Shown here one piece after another: positions 1 to 12,999 of a stretch of 64,000 nucleotides of DNA. The stretch comes from Raillietiella orientalis (lineage: Eukaryota), in contig JAYWIR010000018.1 in assembly GCA_036172245.1 (NCBI GenBank), positions 2,542,001 through 2,606,000 of the forward strand, read 5' to 3'. Made by a program: the position numbers and the translations under genes. A model generated the notes under the pieces. The model was not told the origin of the DNA, made no database searches, and worked only from the letters and a program-made list of their open reading frames with translations. The stretch's first letter is position 1. Each line of letters starts with the position of its first letter.

Positions 1-158
1 GGGCTGCTTTCCTGACAGCCACTTGCGCTCCGCGTGGCTTCAGTATTGCGCGCGTCCCCCCTAAGAACCACTCTGAGGTAAAGGCCCATTGCGGTTTCGG
101 CGTTGGTCACACACACACTTTGTCTACATGACTCAATTCCTAGAAGAATACAAAAAAA

Positions 159-558
159 GGGGAGCACTCTTCCGTTTTCTTGAACTGTTTGCTCCCTTTC
201 CGCTCTTCCGGAGATTCCTGAACGCTCTTCCGTTGCAACGGGAGCGCTGCACGTTCAAATGTTTTCGCCTCTCCCCCGACGCCGACCGCGCCTGCTTCCT
301 GGCGATTTTCGCCGCTCCTGGAGATCCCGCTGCGGCCGCTCGGGACTGCCGGGAGCGCCTCCCGTTCGGCGACTGAGCACCCGCACGGAGCGCACCCCGC
401 ATTCTGCCATCCGGCCCCTTTCGCAGTCGTCGCTCAACACGCCATCCAGGAGGACTCCGTCAGCTCCCGGGATGGCGCGCCCGCCGCCTCATCTGCTGCC
501 GATCGCGCCACCTAGCCACTCTTCTCCGCACCTCCCCGCTTCTCCGGCGCCTCAGGGG
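159..558 (+). repeat. Repeat A copy 1: internally deleted L1/Tx1-like ORF1 remnant
   Basis: Direct repeat of 18354-18755; the ~270-nt core (279-551) differs at only 2 positions by eye. Translation 'FLELFAPFPLFRRFLNALP...DADRACFLAIFAAP...LRQLPGWRARRLICCRSRHLA' resembles the ORF1 N-terminus and a decayed CCHC knuckle seen in other copies in this window. Confidence 0.8.
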
Positions 559-1999
559 CGACCTGTCCCGCTTCCGGCAGGCGCACGGGCAGGAAGCCCC
601 GGGCACCGTGCAGCACGGATGCACCTCCCATCCTCAGAAATGCCCTCCACTTTCGGGCACGCCCGACGCGAGACGCATCCGCTGGCGTATCGTCGGTCGA
701 GTTGCTTCGCAAGGTGGCGCAATGGTGCGTGGGGTGCGGAGGATTCCCTCCCTCATCTGACTGCCTCAAGCGCCTCCGATGCCGCTGCCGGGCCTCGATC
801 AGGGCCCATGCTCGGGCCTGTCCCCCATTTGGTGGGTAGCTCCGGATGCAAAATCCTTCGCATCTTCATCCACTGGTGGTACCTGCAGCCACCAGCGGAT
901 GCAGTCGCATTTTGGAGGGGATGGTGGTCGTGAATCGGGTACTTCCTTCTGCATCCGGAGAGGTCAACATTCGGAAACAAGTGAAGAACAGCCAAGTCAG
1001 CGGCCTCGCCATGCGGGTTGGGTGCACCGAGACCTTCCGTTGCTTCACCAGCATGGGTTGTAGCACCATCGTCTGGCTCACCCTTCACGAATCCTTGACT
1101 TTCTTGACTCGTCAAGAAGGCGCTCTTTCGCCCTGTCGAATGTTGCCAGCCGTCGCTGGTGCACCAGACCAGGGAGGAAAAAGCTTCTTCTCGCCGGCGG
1201 GACGGTTGGCGATCCATCCTCGTTGATTCCGAAGATTTGCCACCGAGTGCGAAGTCGCTATTCGAGATGGTGGCGCTCTCCAAGCACCATCCTCAAGTTG
1301 CAGGTGGCCTACCGGCAAAAAACGAAGAAGGCGGGGTGCCTCTCTTGGTTTGTTTCGAATCAGAACAAAGGCACGACTCGCAGCTTCAAAAGTCGCTCTA
1401 GAAGACCATTCCGTGGTCTCGGCATTGAACGAGGGTTTCCAGGATGTGCGTCGTCTTCGATTTTTTGCTTCCTTTGCAAAACACGTAGATTACTCTGGCA
1501 TGAGTTCGACTGGGGTCTGAAAGGCATGCTAAGGGAAGATAAGATGCCACGCGCGAATTCTGGCACAAGTATTTCGCCTTTCGTAATGAGATCCTCTATC
1601 TAAATTACAGCCAGGAACCAATAGGAGTCTGTTTAGCTGGTGAGTAGTCATAGGTGGTGCAAAACCGTTCTTCATAGAGGGTCAAAGAAAAAAAAAGAAT
1701 CTCGTCATATTTGCGGTGCTTATATATCATTCTGGTGACGCATGCTGCATGGATTTAGAAATTTGGTGACCCTCGTGGAAGATTTTTTGTTGCGATTGTA
1801 TTTCTTCCACATTCTTGAAGCTTTCTCCATAAAGGAAAGAGACAGGTGCTTTCGAAAAACGTTTTCTCGTTAAACTTTTCCCATAAGCAAAGGTTTCCAT
1901 GAGCGCAAGAAAAAAAGAAAAAAAATCGCTAGGCTTTGAGCGCTCTCCAAGCAGCGAGCGATGGCGCCTGCATTTCCTATTACCGAGTGCTCAGCAGCA

Positions 2000-3200
2000 C
2001 TTAGGAATGCATGAGCACAGTTGTGGCTGCAGCCGCGTCATCAGCGGACCACACGTGGATTCCGGTCCCTCCAATGTGTTCCTTCGCCGTGACTTTTCGT
2101 AGTGAGTCACAAACTAGCGAGATGTTGGCAGCGAAGCAACACGCGAATTATGGCTAGAAGCAGCCACACATTCTTTTGACACTTGAGCTGCCGGTATCGA
2201 AAACTGGCGGAGCAGAAAAGGCACACGGAAATATACCGTGAAGAAGATGTGCTGGCGCTTGCGCCAGTGACATCTGCGCTGATCTCTGCGACGTGCACCC
2301 TGCGAAAACGTGGCTATAAAAGCCGAGCTTCTTTTTCGCAAGTCGCAGCTTGCCTTGAGCCGAATGGAGACTTTGACAAAATTGAATGCCAGAGGGGAGT
2401 TTCCGAAGATCGGAGATCCGTCTAGGAATCATCAATCTCTCTTCAGCGGTTTCCATCTCTGGGAATCTGTCTGCTTTCAAATAACGAAGCGGCGATCAGC
2501 AGCCAGCCATGGATGACTTTGGGAGTCCGACGAGCTCAGATGCAGAATAACTCCCATCTCTTCTAGATCTCTCTGCGTCAGTACCATACGCGCAGAACGG
2601 AACGGTCAGTTTTCTATGGATAGTTTGATTCTTTCCGAGATGAGGAAGAGCGGTTGATTCGTGTACCTTCCGTGATGCATAGCATAGCAGGTGGCTGGCA
2701 GATCTAACCACAGCCCCCCGAAACACATCCACGCCTAGAGGAACTGCATCAGAGACAAGCATGATTTTCTTCTCTCTGCCATCCTTCACCAAGAGAAAAA
2801 AGAAAATCAATTTAGCAAACGGCCTTTGGATTTATAAAGACAGTCATCGTTTTGGTGGCTTCGAAAGGGGGGTTGTTCTTTGCTGTTTTGTGGGGGTACG
2901 TCGCAAATGGTCAGCATAACGAAATGCTGCTTTGGTACCATTGGGGTTAAACATGTGGCTAAGGATCATCATAGGAGCAGAAAACATATCTAGTGATCCA
3001 TGTCGAACGAATATACGAGGAGAAAATATGCCGTGAGGTAGCTCAGTCATGGATTTCTCTACACACGAAGGTCTAAAACTGTAAGGGAACTGGAAGGTAT
3101 CCATACAGATGCCAAGCCAGGTCCCAAGGGCAGAGCAACCAAATGAAATTGGAACCTCATTGACCAATCGAAGCTTCGTAACCCCCAGTTCGTAGCCCGT
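2000..3200 (-). mobile_element. Degenerate LINE ORF1-like remnants
   Basis: Motifs 'IFFTVYFRVPFLL' (~2200-2240) and 'IFFFLLVK...ALPHLGK' (2496-2810) resemble the VFFFRVP ORF1 motif repeated elsewhere in the window; broken by stops and frameshifts. Confidence 0.3.
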
Positions 3201-3529
3201 GATTCAAAAAAAGAGGAAAGAAAGAAAAAGAATAAAGATGCGTTCTGAGAGAATCGCCTTGATTCGTTTTCCAAACGTCCCATGGGGTCCTATTGGGTGC
3301 TGGGCCCACGGAATGGAGAACGCAGGGTTGAACCCAGCTCACCAGGAGTGTAACGTGGGAGGCGCTGATTCAACACGTGAGCCCATTCCCCAACGAAACA
3401 GACTGCCCGTGCGGTGGATCTTTGCTTTGCAAGCTCAAGCCAATTTGCATGCATCGATTCTATGAAGCTGCAGAAAAGGGATGCGGCCGTTGCGCCGCTG
3501 AAAACATTTCAGTAGAGTAGAAAAATTAC

Positions 3530-4007
3530 CAGAGTGCCAGGTAACATCGAACAGTGTTGGAATCAGGTACTTCTTTCCTGGAGTCCCCGTGGACAGGAAC
3601 AAACTTCCTCTGTCTGCATTGGTCAGCTGACCCACGTTGACGAGGATCTTGCGGCACAGACTCGTCACGTCGAGCTCGTTGGCGATGTCGCGGATTAGCT
3701 CCATGAAGAACTCGCTTTCCTCCAGGACTTTCAGCCTTCCCTGCCACGACCTGCCCCTCCCGTTTCTTGAAGAAGGGAGCCGCTCGCCGCTTTCCGGCCC
3801 CGAAGCTTCGACGTGGAGAGCGTCGCAGGGGATGCAAGTCGCCTGGACCTCCACGCCGCGGTCCTCTTCCTCGGACTTCTCGCACTCGGATCCCAGCAGG
3901 CTGATCTGCTTCCAGTTCTTAAGGTACCATGTTCTGGCAAAGTCCACGTGCTCCAAAAGGTAGTTGTCAACGAGTATTTCGATCGGGAACTGCTCCTCAG
4001 ACGTCAT
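3530..4007 (-). CDS. Pde6: Coding exon of a cGMP-specific 3',5'-cyclic phosphodiesterase (insect Pde6/PDE5-like), N-terminus plus start of GAF-A domain
   Basis: ORF 3435-4007 encodes '[62 protein letters not shown]', closely matching arthropod PDE6 GAF-A. GT donor at 3529-3528 (TCTG|gtaatt); possible acceptor ending at 4012. No downstream exon recognised in 1-3529. Confidence 0.85.
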
Positions 4008-4127
4008 CTCTCTGTCGTATCACAAGAAAACGGAGGTGACGAGCGCGTTGGGAGTCTTGGAGACGGGCATGCCTCGATACCTACAATCAGAAGATTCACA
4101 AGTAGATCAGAATCTAGCAGAAGAGAC

Positions 4128-4200
4128 GGAATGGAAAGGAATGGGACGAAATGTAAGGAGGAATGGGACGGAAGAGAAGGAAGAGTGGAATGGAATGTTG
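4128..4200 (+). repeat. Degenerate (GGAAT/GGAAR)n purine-rich low-complexity tract
   Basis: ggaatggaaaggaatgggac...gtggaatggaatg seen directly. Confidence 0.5.
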
Positions 4201-5049
4201 GGATTTAATAGGACAATAGAAGGAAATGTTCCTTTGCCTTCGTTGCAGCAACAATTTATATGCCGGTTTCCCAGGGATAACGGGGGCTTCCCAAAGGCCC
4301 GATTTTTAATGCTTTGATGAGCATCACCGTTAAGTGCGGTTTTTCCGGGAGGAGGGGGTTGGACATGCTCCGAATAAATGCGCTTCCTTGCTTTCGAGAT
4401 GAAAGCGAATTGATACACATTGCAGCCTCGGCGAGACGTTTCGCTCATCTATATCCATAGCTTCCGAGAGGGAAAATCCTTAGAAATTCTGGCTTTCCCT
4501 TGTAGGATTACACAGAGATCAAACAGGCAGTGCTTGACATCGCTCTAGTCGATTTCAACCGCTCGTTTCACTTGTTGGGATGGAATGGAATGGAGTTGAA
4601 CATCGTTCAATTCACCCATGCACAGCAAACAGCACAGAACACTCATGTATAACAGCAATGTATGCATACACATACATATGTCCAATATATAAATATATGT
4701 ATGTATATCTTCTTTATTTATCCATTGACGTGAATACATGGACACGGGGACACCTGTGTCTGTGTGCAAACACTGAGTGGGTTATGATGTGGGGAAACGC
4801 AGACACGCAGAAAATCATCACAAGATTTTCAAAGCGTGAAAGAGTGGTGCTCCCTTTTCGCAACGTGTACGGTTTATTGTGTTTTCTGCCTGCTGTCGGT
4901 TCCAATCCAAGAGGAGCTTCGTCAAAGTCTTCCTGCGTTGAGTTTATTGCCTGAGGCTCATTGTAGAGGAGGCAGAGCCAGCAGCCGTTACGATCACGCT
5001 GGTTGCCATGCCTGACTCAAGACCCCCGTGGTAACATAACGGTAGACCC

Positions 5050-5300
5050 AACATAACGCGCGCTGAGAATCCTCGTCCGGTGCTTTTCAGCCAGCGTCTC
5101 ATGAGAGCATCCCCTGATGCAGGGATTGCCGATGCACGTGGCTCTGAGACCATCCAAATCCACCATCGTGAAGTTGGAGCGTGTGCGCGGCCGGGCAGGA
5201 CGTGAGTGGCTCTCAGCGGAGTAGTGGTCCAGAGTTGTTCTGGATAGCTGCGTCAGTTTGCAGCAGCCCTCCCGAGTACAGCAGATCCCCGTATGCCGCG
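5050..5300 (+). mobile_element. Possible CR1/L2-like LINE C-terminal fragment
   Basis: 'SKSTIVKLERVRGRAGREW' (~5152-5210) resembles the CR1-clade 'I..LERVQRRATK' motif; single motif only. Confidence 0.3.
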
Positions 5301-6099
5301 AATTCACATAACGCAACGGAAAAAATGGAGACGGTCCTCGTACAACACGGTTAATCATTCGTGGTATGGGTCAGTTCAAATTAAATCCAGATGGGGATAA
5401 ATTTCAATTTTGGGGTACGGTGTCAGTTCGGCTGCTTTTCAAGGGAATACAAACACGTGATTCAATTAGCTTGGGAGCTGCTTAATTTAAACGTTCTTGG
5501 ATAGAATGGAACAAGAAGATGCGTTTATCAAAATGAGAAGGGTACACTAAAAGCCTTCCCTCCCCCTCGCCCCCCGTTTCAAGTTAAATAATCAATCAAA
5601 CCAATCATTTTAATATTTTTCCTTTTCTTTTTAAGTAAAATAATAAATATCTTACTGTTACGATATCATCTATTGTAATATAAATACGATCATATTTTTC
5701 ACACACAACCCATAGGACTCGTATAACGCGGAACTCATCTCCCTCGTTATACGGGAGTCTACTGCGCTTTCATCCTGCTCCACCCTTCTGCCGTTGTGGG
5801 TGGCATATGGCCCGTACTTTTTTTTCATTGCTTGATGGTTTCCTCCCATGAAGATAACACAAGTCAAAGCCACTCGAAACGTTCTTTTAGGGAATGATAT
5901 TTAAGGCACAAGTGCAATCCTAGGGATGTGTCGATGTCCCCAAACTAACCGTCGACATATTAAGAGCACTCAGAACCCTATGAATTCACGGAAACAACCC
6001 GGAACGGCACTCAAGAAAATAGGGAATTCGGTTGCTACGGCGACGAACAGCACCAAAAGCAACTCCATAGAGGATTTGGATACGATGAGGTCTGGACTG

Positions 6100-7560
6100 A
6101 AGTTCGGAGACTGGCGAAATCCTTAGCGACATAGGAGCGATGAATCTACAGTTAGTGAGTGGAACTGAAGGACGACCCGCCGCCTCTCACGGCTGATTCC
6201 AGAGCTTTCAGAGGCGCGCAGGCTTTTCTGTGCAGCGTCGGAATGGTGTCACAAGAGGCCGATTCCGCTTCCGGAACAAACTCCAGCATCTGTTAGCCAT
6301 CGAAGAAGATGGCGACTATAGAAATCGTGGCGGAAGGTGCCTGGCTCGTGGACGAACCTTAACGAAGAGTTTCCAGGGAAAGAACCGTTCAGAAATCCAG
6401 TTCTTGTCGGGGAACTCGGGAGCTACCGTGCCGCCATCTAGTACGATCTCGCCTTTGCACCCTGGAACCAGGAAGCAATGCGTCTATGTCAAGGATAACG
6501 AGCGCAGTCGTAGCACCTCAAGACCATCGACGAAACGAATGATTACTTTGCTGGAGGAATGGCTCGACAAGAACGGATTACAGTGGTTGCAGGCGTGCTG
6601 GAGATCAAAGGGTTCGAAGCTGGGACTACAAAAGTTCAGCTGAGGACGCGCTCGCCGCCAGCAGTTAAATATGGAGGAACGTATTTGCATCGTCCTTTTA
6701 AAAGTGCAGTCCAGATGAAGCCACGACGGAGCCAGTAATGAGAACAGGGAGGGGATGGCTACCAAACCGTTAAGTCCTTGACCGACCCGGAACCGGCGGT
6801 GAAAAGCTTCTCAGCTCGGTGAAGAAGCGGTGGACAAGTGGATTCCGCGCTGACGGAAAGAGAAACCTTCGGCCAACCTCTGTGCCAAGTGCTGGAAGGC
6901 CAGCAGGAAACGGCAGAAAGAGCTTCGAGCGTCCTTTTCCCAGCCTCCGCCGGGAGCAGATCAGGAAGGGAGACTGCGCTCGTCCGAAAGTGCGTTTCAT
7001 TTGGGGACGCGCGCATTCTTGAAGCTCATCCATCTTCTTCCCCCAGGAGAAACGTGTGGGGAGTCTTGAGCGTGACGCTCACCCATCAGCCCTCCATGGA
7101 GAGTCATTTGCTAATTAAAATCGCAGCTTTCAGGAACGCAGTTGGCACTTCAGCCGGGGAGTCATCGAATCGACGGAGCCCCCTTTCTGGAGATGAGCAG
7201 TTTCTCAAAGTCGTTTTCGCTCTCTCTAAATTGCGGATGTACAAACGGGACTCCGTCGGTACCCGGAATCACACAGCACTCCTCCGGCATCCGAGATTCA
7301 AACCCCGGCTCATCTGCCTCCGCATCGTCCTCGTATCGTGCCCCGAATGATTCCCGTTCCCTTTTGTACGTATCCTGGGGCCGTTCCCTGAATCGGCACA
7401 TCCCGGCGTGGGCTCTCCTTTCTCACTGCCGGCAGGCGCCGCGGGAAGCTCTCGCCGGCACGTCGCGCGCTGTGTTTCCCAACCGGCTCTGGAATCGGCT
7501 GGTCTCCCCCCCAGCATCACGGCGCGCGCGCGGCGTCTCTCAAAGAGCATCTTTGCGAAT
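6100..7560 (-). mobile_element. L1/Tx1-like ORF2 reverse transcriptase remnant
   Basis: Ordered decayed motifs on the minus strand: 'IPGTDGVPF' (SPGxDG), 'PTAFLKAAILISK*LSMEG*WVSVTL' (ITLIPKK...WRPISL), 'AIPSLFSLL' (SPLLF), 'FNCWRRARPQLNF'. Confidence 0.55.
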
Positions 7561-7639
7561 GCCCCCGAGGGTCGATCTCCTGCTTCTTCTGAGGAGAGAA
7601 ATCGCTTCCCAAAAACAATTTGAAAGTCACAACCATTGG

Positions 7640-9150
7640 CCTAAGGCGGTGAACATCCTTTCGGGTTCTCCCGTTTTCACCTCTTTCCTTCCAGCTTTTT
7701 TTTTTTCTTCCTCCTCTTTTTCTGTTCTCAGGAGTGCTGAAGAGCCGTTAGCCTCCTTAATGGGGGACTCACGAAACTCTTTGGCGCTGTCCACACCACC
7801 CAAGGGTGAGCGTGTACTCTTCAAGTCAGCCAGTAACCTTACCCTACGAATGCAGGAACGCACCGGAGGGAAAAGTTCGTTTCTCTCACGTTTGGGAGGG
7901 TAACCTCGAAGGAAACCCATGCTTTGGTTATCTCCAAAGGGAACCTCTTTTTTATTCTCTTCAGAATGATCCCCGAAAATGGTGGAGCCATTCCTCATTT
8001 CTTCTCCGGGGAGGGGGACCCGGATCTGCTCCTGGAGTTTCCTTTCTGGAGGGAACCTGCAAAGGAACTGTTACTTGTTTCCTCCTCTGAATTGCAGGTG
8101 CAGTTCCTGGCAACCGGAAGTCGCGCCGACTGCCACGCCCTCCTTGTTGCTCTGCAGCCTCTTCCTCCTCCATGCTCTGCTTCGGAAGAGATCTGCCTTC
8201 CATTTTTAATTCCCTTCCGATGCTTGTAGAATGTGAAGCTTGCAGAGCACTCGCTCCCGGTTCCCTCATCTTATTCGGGCTGCTTCGAGCGGTGCCACCC
8301 TTTTCCAAGTTGACGGGCGATCTTTTTCTTCTTGGTTCGGAAGAACCCTTCGCTTTAAAAGAAGCAGCTCCGAGGCATCGGAGAGGCTCTACGGCGCCGC
8401 CACCTGGGGAGATCACGGAGCTCTTCGACACTGTCCACGCCAGCTGAGGGTGCGCGTGGCTCTTCGAGATAGAGGGCAACCCCGTCGGAACCACCGTATG
8501 AGAATCCAGGAAGGGCTCCGGAGGAAGGAGTCTGTTCCTCTCACGCTTGGCAGGGAACCCCGAAGGGAACACTTGCCTTGGTTCTCTTCCAAGGGAACCC
8601 CGAAGGGAACCTCTCCCTTATTCTCTCCGGAGGGGAAGGATCACCCAGAAGGGACCACTCCTTGTTTTTTGTCCGAAGGGCACCCGGAAAGGATCCGCTC
8701 CTGGAACTTCTCTGGATGGAACCCGCCCGCAAGGGAGCCACTCCCTGTTTCTTCCTATGAAGAGAACTGCGAAGGGACACTTCCTAATTCGTCGGAAGGG
8801 CGCTCCCCGAAGGGAGCAGCACGTTTCTTGACACTCTGGAGAGGCAACCCCCCTAGGAGGTATCAAGCAGCTTCATGGTACGCGATGGAGGGTCCATTTT
8901 CACAACCAGAGGGGAATGGGTATTCCTTGATTCCTCGAAGGACCTTGGAGGGTCCGCTTTCAATCCCAGCCGGTCAACGGGCGCATCCGGTTTCCACCAG
9001 TGCCTCACCTGGAACCCTTAAGCCAGCCAGCGTAGGGGACTCGAAACCCACGATGAGCCCATTTTTCCGCGTGATTCCATCCCTGGGTGGGAATCGAACC
9101 TCCGAAGCCTGGTGCCACACTTGGAGACCGCAGCCATGCGGCCGCTAAAG
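7640..9150 (-). mobile_element. tRNA-headed repeat copy 1 (B-box head plus body with internal duplication)
   Basis: Minus strand GGAGGTTCGATTCCCAC at 9087-9103 and a second B-box-like motif at 9035-9052. Body homologous to 29560-30260 and 31400-31780; 7735-8060 duplicates 8336-8640. Confidence 0.7.
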
Positions 9151-9329
9151 AGGTCCGAAACGTTGCCGGTCCTTCTGCGCTCAGAGGAATTGGGAGATTC
9201 CGCTCCATGTGATGCGATCTGTCTGGTGGTTCAAATTTCACCGCCGACAGCGGCGGTCAGTTGCCTCAAAACCTTTGCACGCGCCGCTTTGCCAAGCTAA
9301 GACGAGACCGCGGGCCAAGTCCACGAGCG

Positions 9330-10290
9330 ACCACGGGGATGCTTGCCATGGATCTCTGGCAAGCCTTTGCGGGAACTCGTGAGGAAGGTGTGGACACCGG
9401 AGTGGCTCTCTGTGTCAAGGATCCACCTATACGGCGGTTATCGCGAGGCGCAACCCAGGAGCGAATTGCAAGGGGAACGCCACCGGGAACAGATCGCATC
9501 CTTCCTTCCTCATTAGTCAGTCCCTGCTGTGGAAGCGCTTTCACCCCACCTCAACCCCAGTCCCTCAGACACGCACGACAAGCAGCTGACCCTCTCCCGA
9601 CATCCGAGACGCACGACTCGACAGAGGATGATAAGCAGTTGGGTCTCCGGATGCACCCCGTGGACTGGTCCGCCTTTCTACCCTGAAGTCGACTCGGGGT
9701 TCCTCGAGGCAGCATCGTACAGAGCTGTGAAGCCGGATAAAACGGCCTACCGCATGATTTGCCGGATTCATGGACGAAATTCATCCGTCCGTCCATCAGC
9801 GGTTCGCGTCGCCGCCTTTCAAGAACTCACTCGGAAGAGGTAGGGGCTGCTGGTAGACTGGAACGCCCGGCACGTCCCTTATGGTTCTGCGGAGGGGCTC
9901 TGGCCGGGAGCTGGCTACAGGAAAGGGGCGCTTAACCCCGCGTAGGGTGGGCTGAGGGGTCTGCCAGTGCATCACGAGGAGTGTCCTGAATCCCGAGTCG
10001 AACCGCGGTTCTTCGGCATAGGGAGCTTCCGACATCCTGCGTGGGAGAGTGCTTTCAATCCCCCACTCCCTCAGGCGCGCACACGACGAGCAGCCATCCA
10101 CTTCCCGGACGCAGGACGTCGCAAGGAGACTCATCAGGGCAAATGACAAAGCGGCGCTCTCTCATCCGCTCGCCTCAGCAGATCAGAGGGAGTCAGGCAG
10201 AAAAATTTCCCTCCCCCCCGTCCCTGGGCTGGCTAGCGCGGCCGCCGAGAAAGGGGGCATCGGAAGACGGGAAGAAAAAAAAAAAAAAAA
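9330..10290 (+). mobile_element. 3' end of a non-LTR retrotransposon with poly(A) tail
   Basis: Decayed zf-RVT-like text ('HPVDWSAF', 'HVPYGSAEGLW') followed by A16 at 10275-10290. Confidence 0.45.
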
Positions 10291-10999
10291 CACGCGCATT
10301 CTTACCTAGCGGAAGTAGAGTGGATCTTCAGCTTCCCGGGAGCCGGAAGTTTTGCTTTGCAAGGGTTCCGGGACGCCCGCCGGGAGCAGGAGCATCCCCC
10401 ACTCCAGGCCACTCGCGAGTCGGTCAACGAATGGTTAGCGCGCGCAGCCATCCGCCGCGCCGCTGCCCTGCGCCTCTCCGTTCCCCAGCGCGCAGGGAGA
10501 TGCTGTCTGATCCATCCGATCCGTTCCGAGGGAGTCACATCCATTCGCGTTCCTGCAGGCAATCCCCTCTCCCGTGGTTTTTCCCGAGGAGGAAATCGAT
10601 AAAATCCCGACGTCCAGAACAAGACGGGAAGATGCTTCCTGCCGAGGGCTCCCGCCCTCATCCAAGAAAGGGCACCACTCGCCCGGTTCTCGGGCCCTCC
10701 TGTTTATCAGGGTACTCCTTCGCTCCCTCATTTATTTATTTTATTTATTTATTTTCTCACTTTCCACGTGAACGTCTAAGTCGTACTGAGCTCCGCTGCC
10801 GCAGATGGCGCATCTGACCGACGCGACTGGCTGAGTCTCGGCAGGAGAAAAACCCGGGTCGCCGGCCCCTGAGGGCGGCGCTTTGGCGGGCAGGACGGAC
10901 GCCTCGGGGTAGGCGAGCCGAGCGGCGTCGGCGGCAGGGAAAGTGCCGGTTGCCAGAGGGGGAGGCGAGCGGGGAAGTGGCGACGCGGGCCTATGGGGG

Positions 11000-12600
11000 C
11001 AGACCCCGTCTCGAAAAACTGATCTCTTCTCAGGGCTGAATCAGTCGGAGGCGCTTTCGCGGAGGCAACTCAACATGTCGGCTCTGACTCTGGGTGGAGA
11101 GTCATACCCTTCGGTGGAGGAAGAGGAAAGGAGGGAGATAAAAAGGATACGATCTCGGGATCGAAGAGCCGCGTTTACCGCCTCCCTGAGAACCGCGGGG
11201 ATCGCAGAGGCCGTCCGTTCTGTTTCTCTCCGGTGCCGAGTGCGTCGCTGGGTCGATCGCGCCTCCGGCCGGAGGGCAGGTGCAGGTATCATCGGACATT
11301 CGGACGGGGAGGCGTCCTCACGCGGGTGGGTTCCCGTCCTGTCGAGATGTGGGACTGGAACTCATCTCCAGCCTGCACGAAATGCAGGCTCAGGGGGGGA
11401 GGGGATCCGTTCCAGGGGATATTTTCCCCCCATGGTGCTCTCTCCTCGTCGGGTCCTTGGGAGGAGACTGCGCACTGCCTGAGGCGCTCCGCCTGCCGCC
11501 TGGGGACCCTCGATTCCTCCTCTGTCACGTCCTTCGCGGGATCCCACCGTCCTGGGAACCTCATGGTGGCTCGCTCCAGGAGCGGCTGCTGCTTCGCACG
11601 CCAAGTCGGCCATCTGCATCCCATCTTTCCGAGATGCCTCGCATCCTCAACCGCCGCTGAGGAGTTCGTGAGGGTGGGGCCGACGTCCAAGGATTCTGGA
11701 ACCATACCTGGGGCCGGACTCTTGAGCAGGTCTTCTGGAGCTTATGTGCGGCTCGTGGGGAGTCGAGAACAGGGGCAGAAGGCCGACCGAACCGTCGCGG
11801 CCCTCACCAAGTTTGCTTAGTCCATCGAAGAGGGGCAAAAGCAGTCGGGGCAGGACGAGAAGTCCGGGCCGCTTCGCTGCTGAGGCTCGGACCGCTGGCA
11901 TCTGAGGGCGAGCAGGACGGGGGCCGAGGGGCGTGCGAGCTGAACGACAGCGCTCCAAGGAAGGTGTCGGTTGCCGCGGGCAGCGAGAGGGACAGTGGTG
12001 AGGCCACGGAGTCCAGGACAGAGAGGCTAAGGGATGCGCGGAGGAAGTTGCTGTAGAGACGGGCCCTCTGGTTCCGGGACAGGGTGCCGTTCCTGCTCCT
12101 GGAGTGCTCACGAAGTATGGACTCAAAAGGGATTGGGCGCGAGAAAACTTCCCAGGAGCGCGCCGAAGACACCCGATGCGGAGGAGGGGTCCACAGGCGC
12201 AGCCTTCGGGAACGGCCTGGTCGATCAGAAGCACCCGTTGAAATCGTCCTGGAGCCAAGTCAGCGTTACATTCGAGTGGACCCTAGCAAAAAGATGTTTG
12301 GGAGCCACTAGCTCCTAATGCAACCCACGCTGCCTCCTTAGTCTAAGCTACCAAGTCTTCGTTCCTGAGGGTGGTAGGTGATGAGGCTGGGGATGTACAA
12401 ATCACACATCTTTAAGGCATCCGATCCACGCCATTTTGGGGGTTCAACACTTTTGAGGGCAGTGCGCCGAGTTGCGCCACGTGGATGAATGGAAAATCGA
12501 GTCGCGAGGCTCACTAATCTGCCCTTGAAGACATCTTCCATCGGGAGGGCAAGCGGCAAGTATCATACCCTCCGCCTCCTGCTTTTTGCAGAACACTATG
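11000..12600 (-). mobile_element. Compacted L1/Tx1-like remnant (ORF1, pre-RT, ORF2 C-terminus)
   Basis: 'LPLALPMEDVFKG...LYIPSLITY' (ORF1-like), 'DVTEEES...SSQGPD' (pre-RT-like) and a C-terminal segment similar to other copies, in order over ~1.6 kb. Confidence 0.4.
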
Positions 12601-12999
12601 TGGATCCCTCGGAGTCATGAGGAGCAAGTGTGAAGAGGAAAGATGTTCGGGAATCTAGCATTCTTGAGAAAAAGGGTGACAAGACGGGCAGGTGAGGAAG
12701 AAGGCGGCAAGGAGGGCGGACGGACGAAGGAGCTGACAAGGAGGACAGAGAGAAATGAGATGGTGTCTAAGCATGGATTGGTCAGTCCTTCTTCACCAGC
12801 CTCCATAAACAATCCTGCAAAGACCACAGCCTTAACTAGAGAGAGAGATCGAGAAAATGACCACAGGTGCACACGGCAAAGAATTCTTCATCATCATGGA
12901 CTGCATCCCTCATCAAGAATTAAATAAACAATATCAATTTCTCAATGTCTAAAACATGAGCGACTAAAACGATAGAGGCGTTCGATTTTCCAGTGCCGC

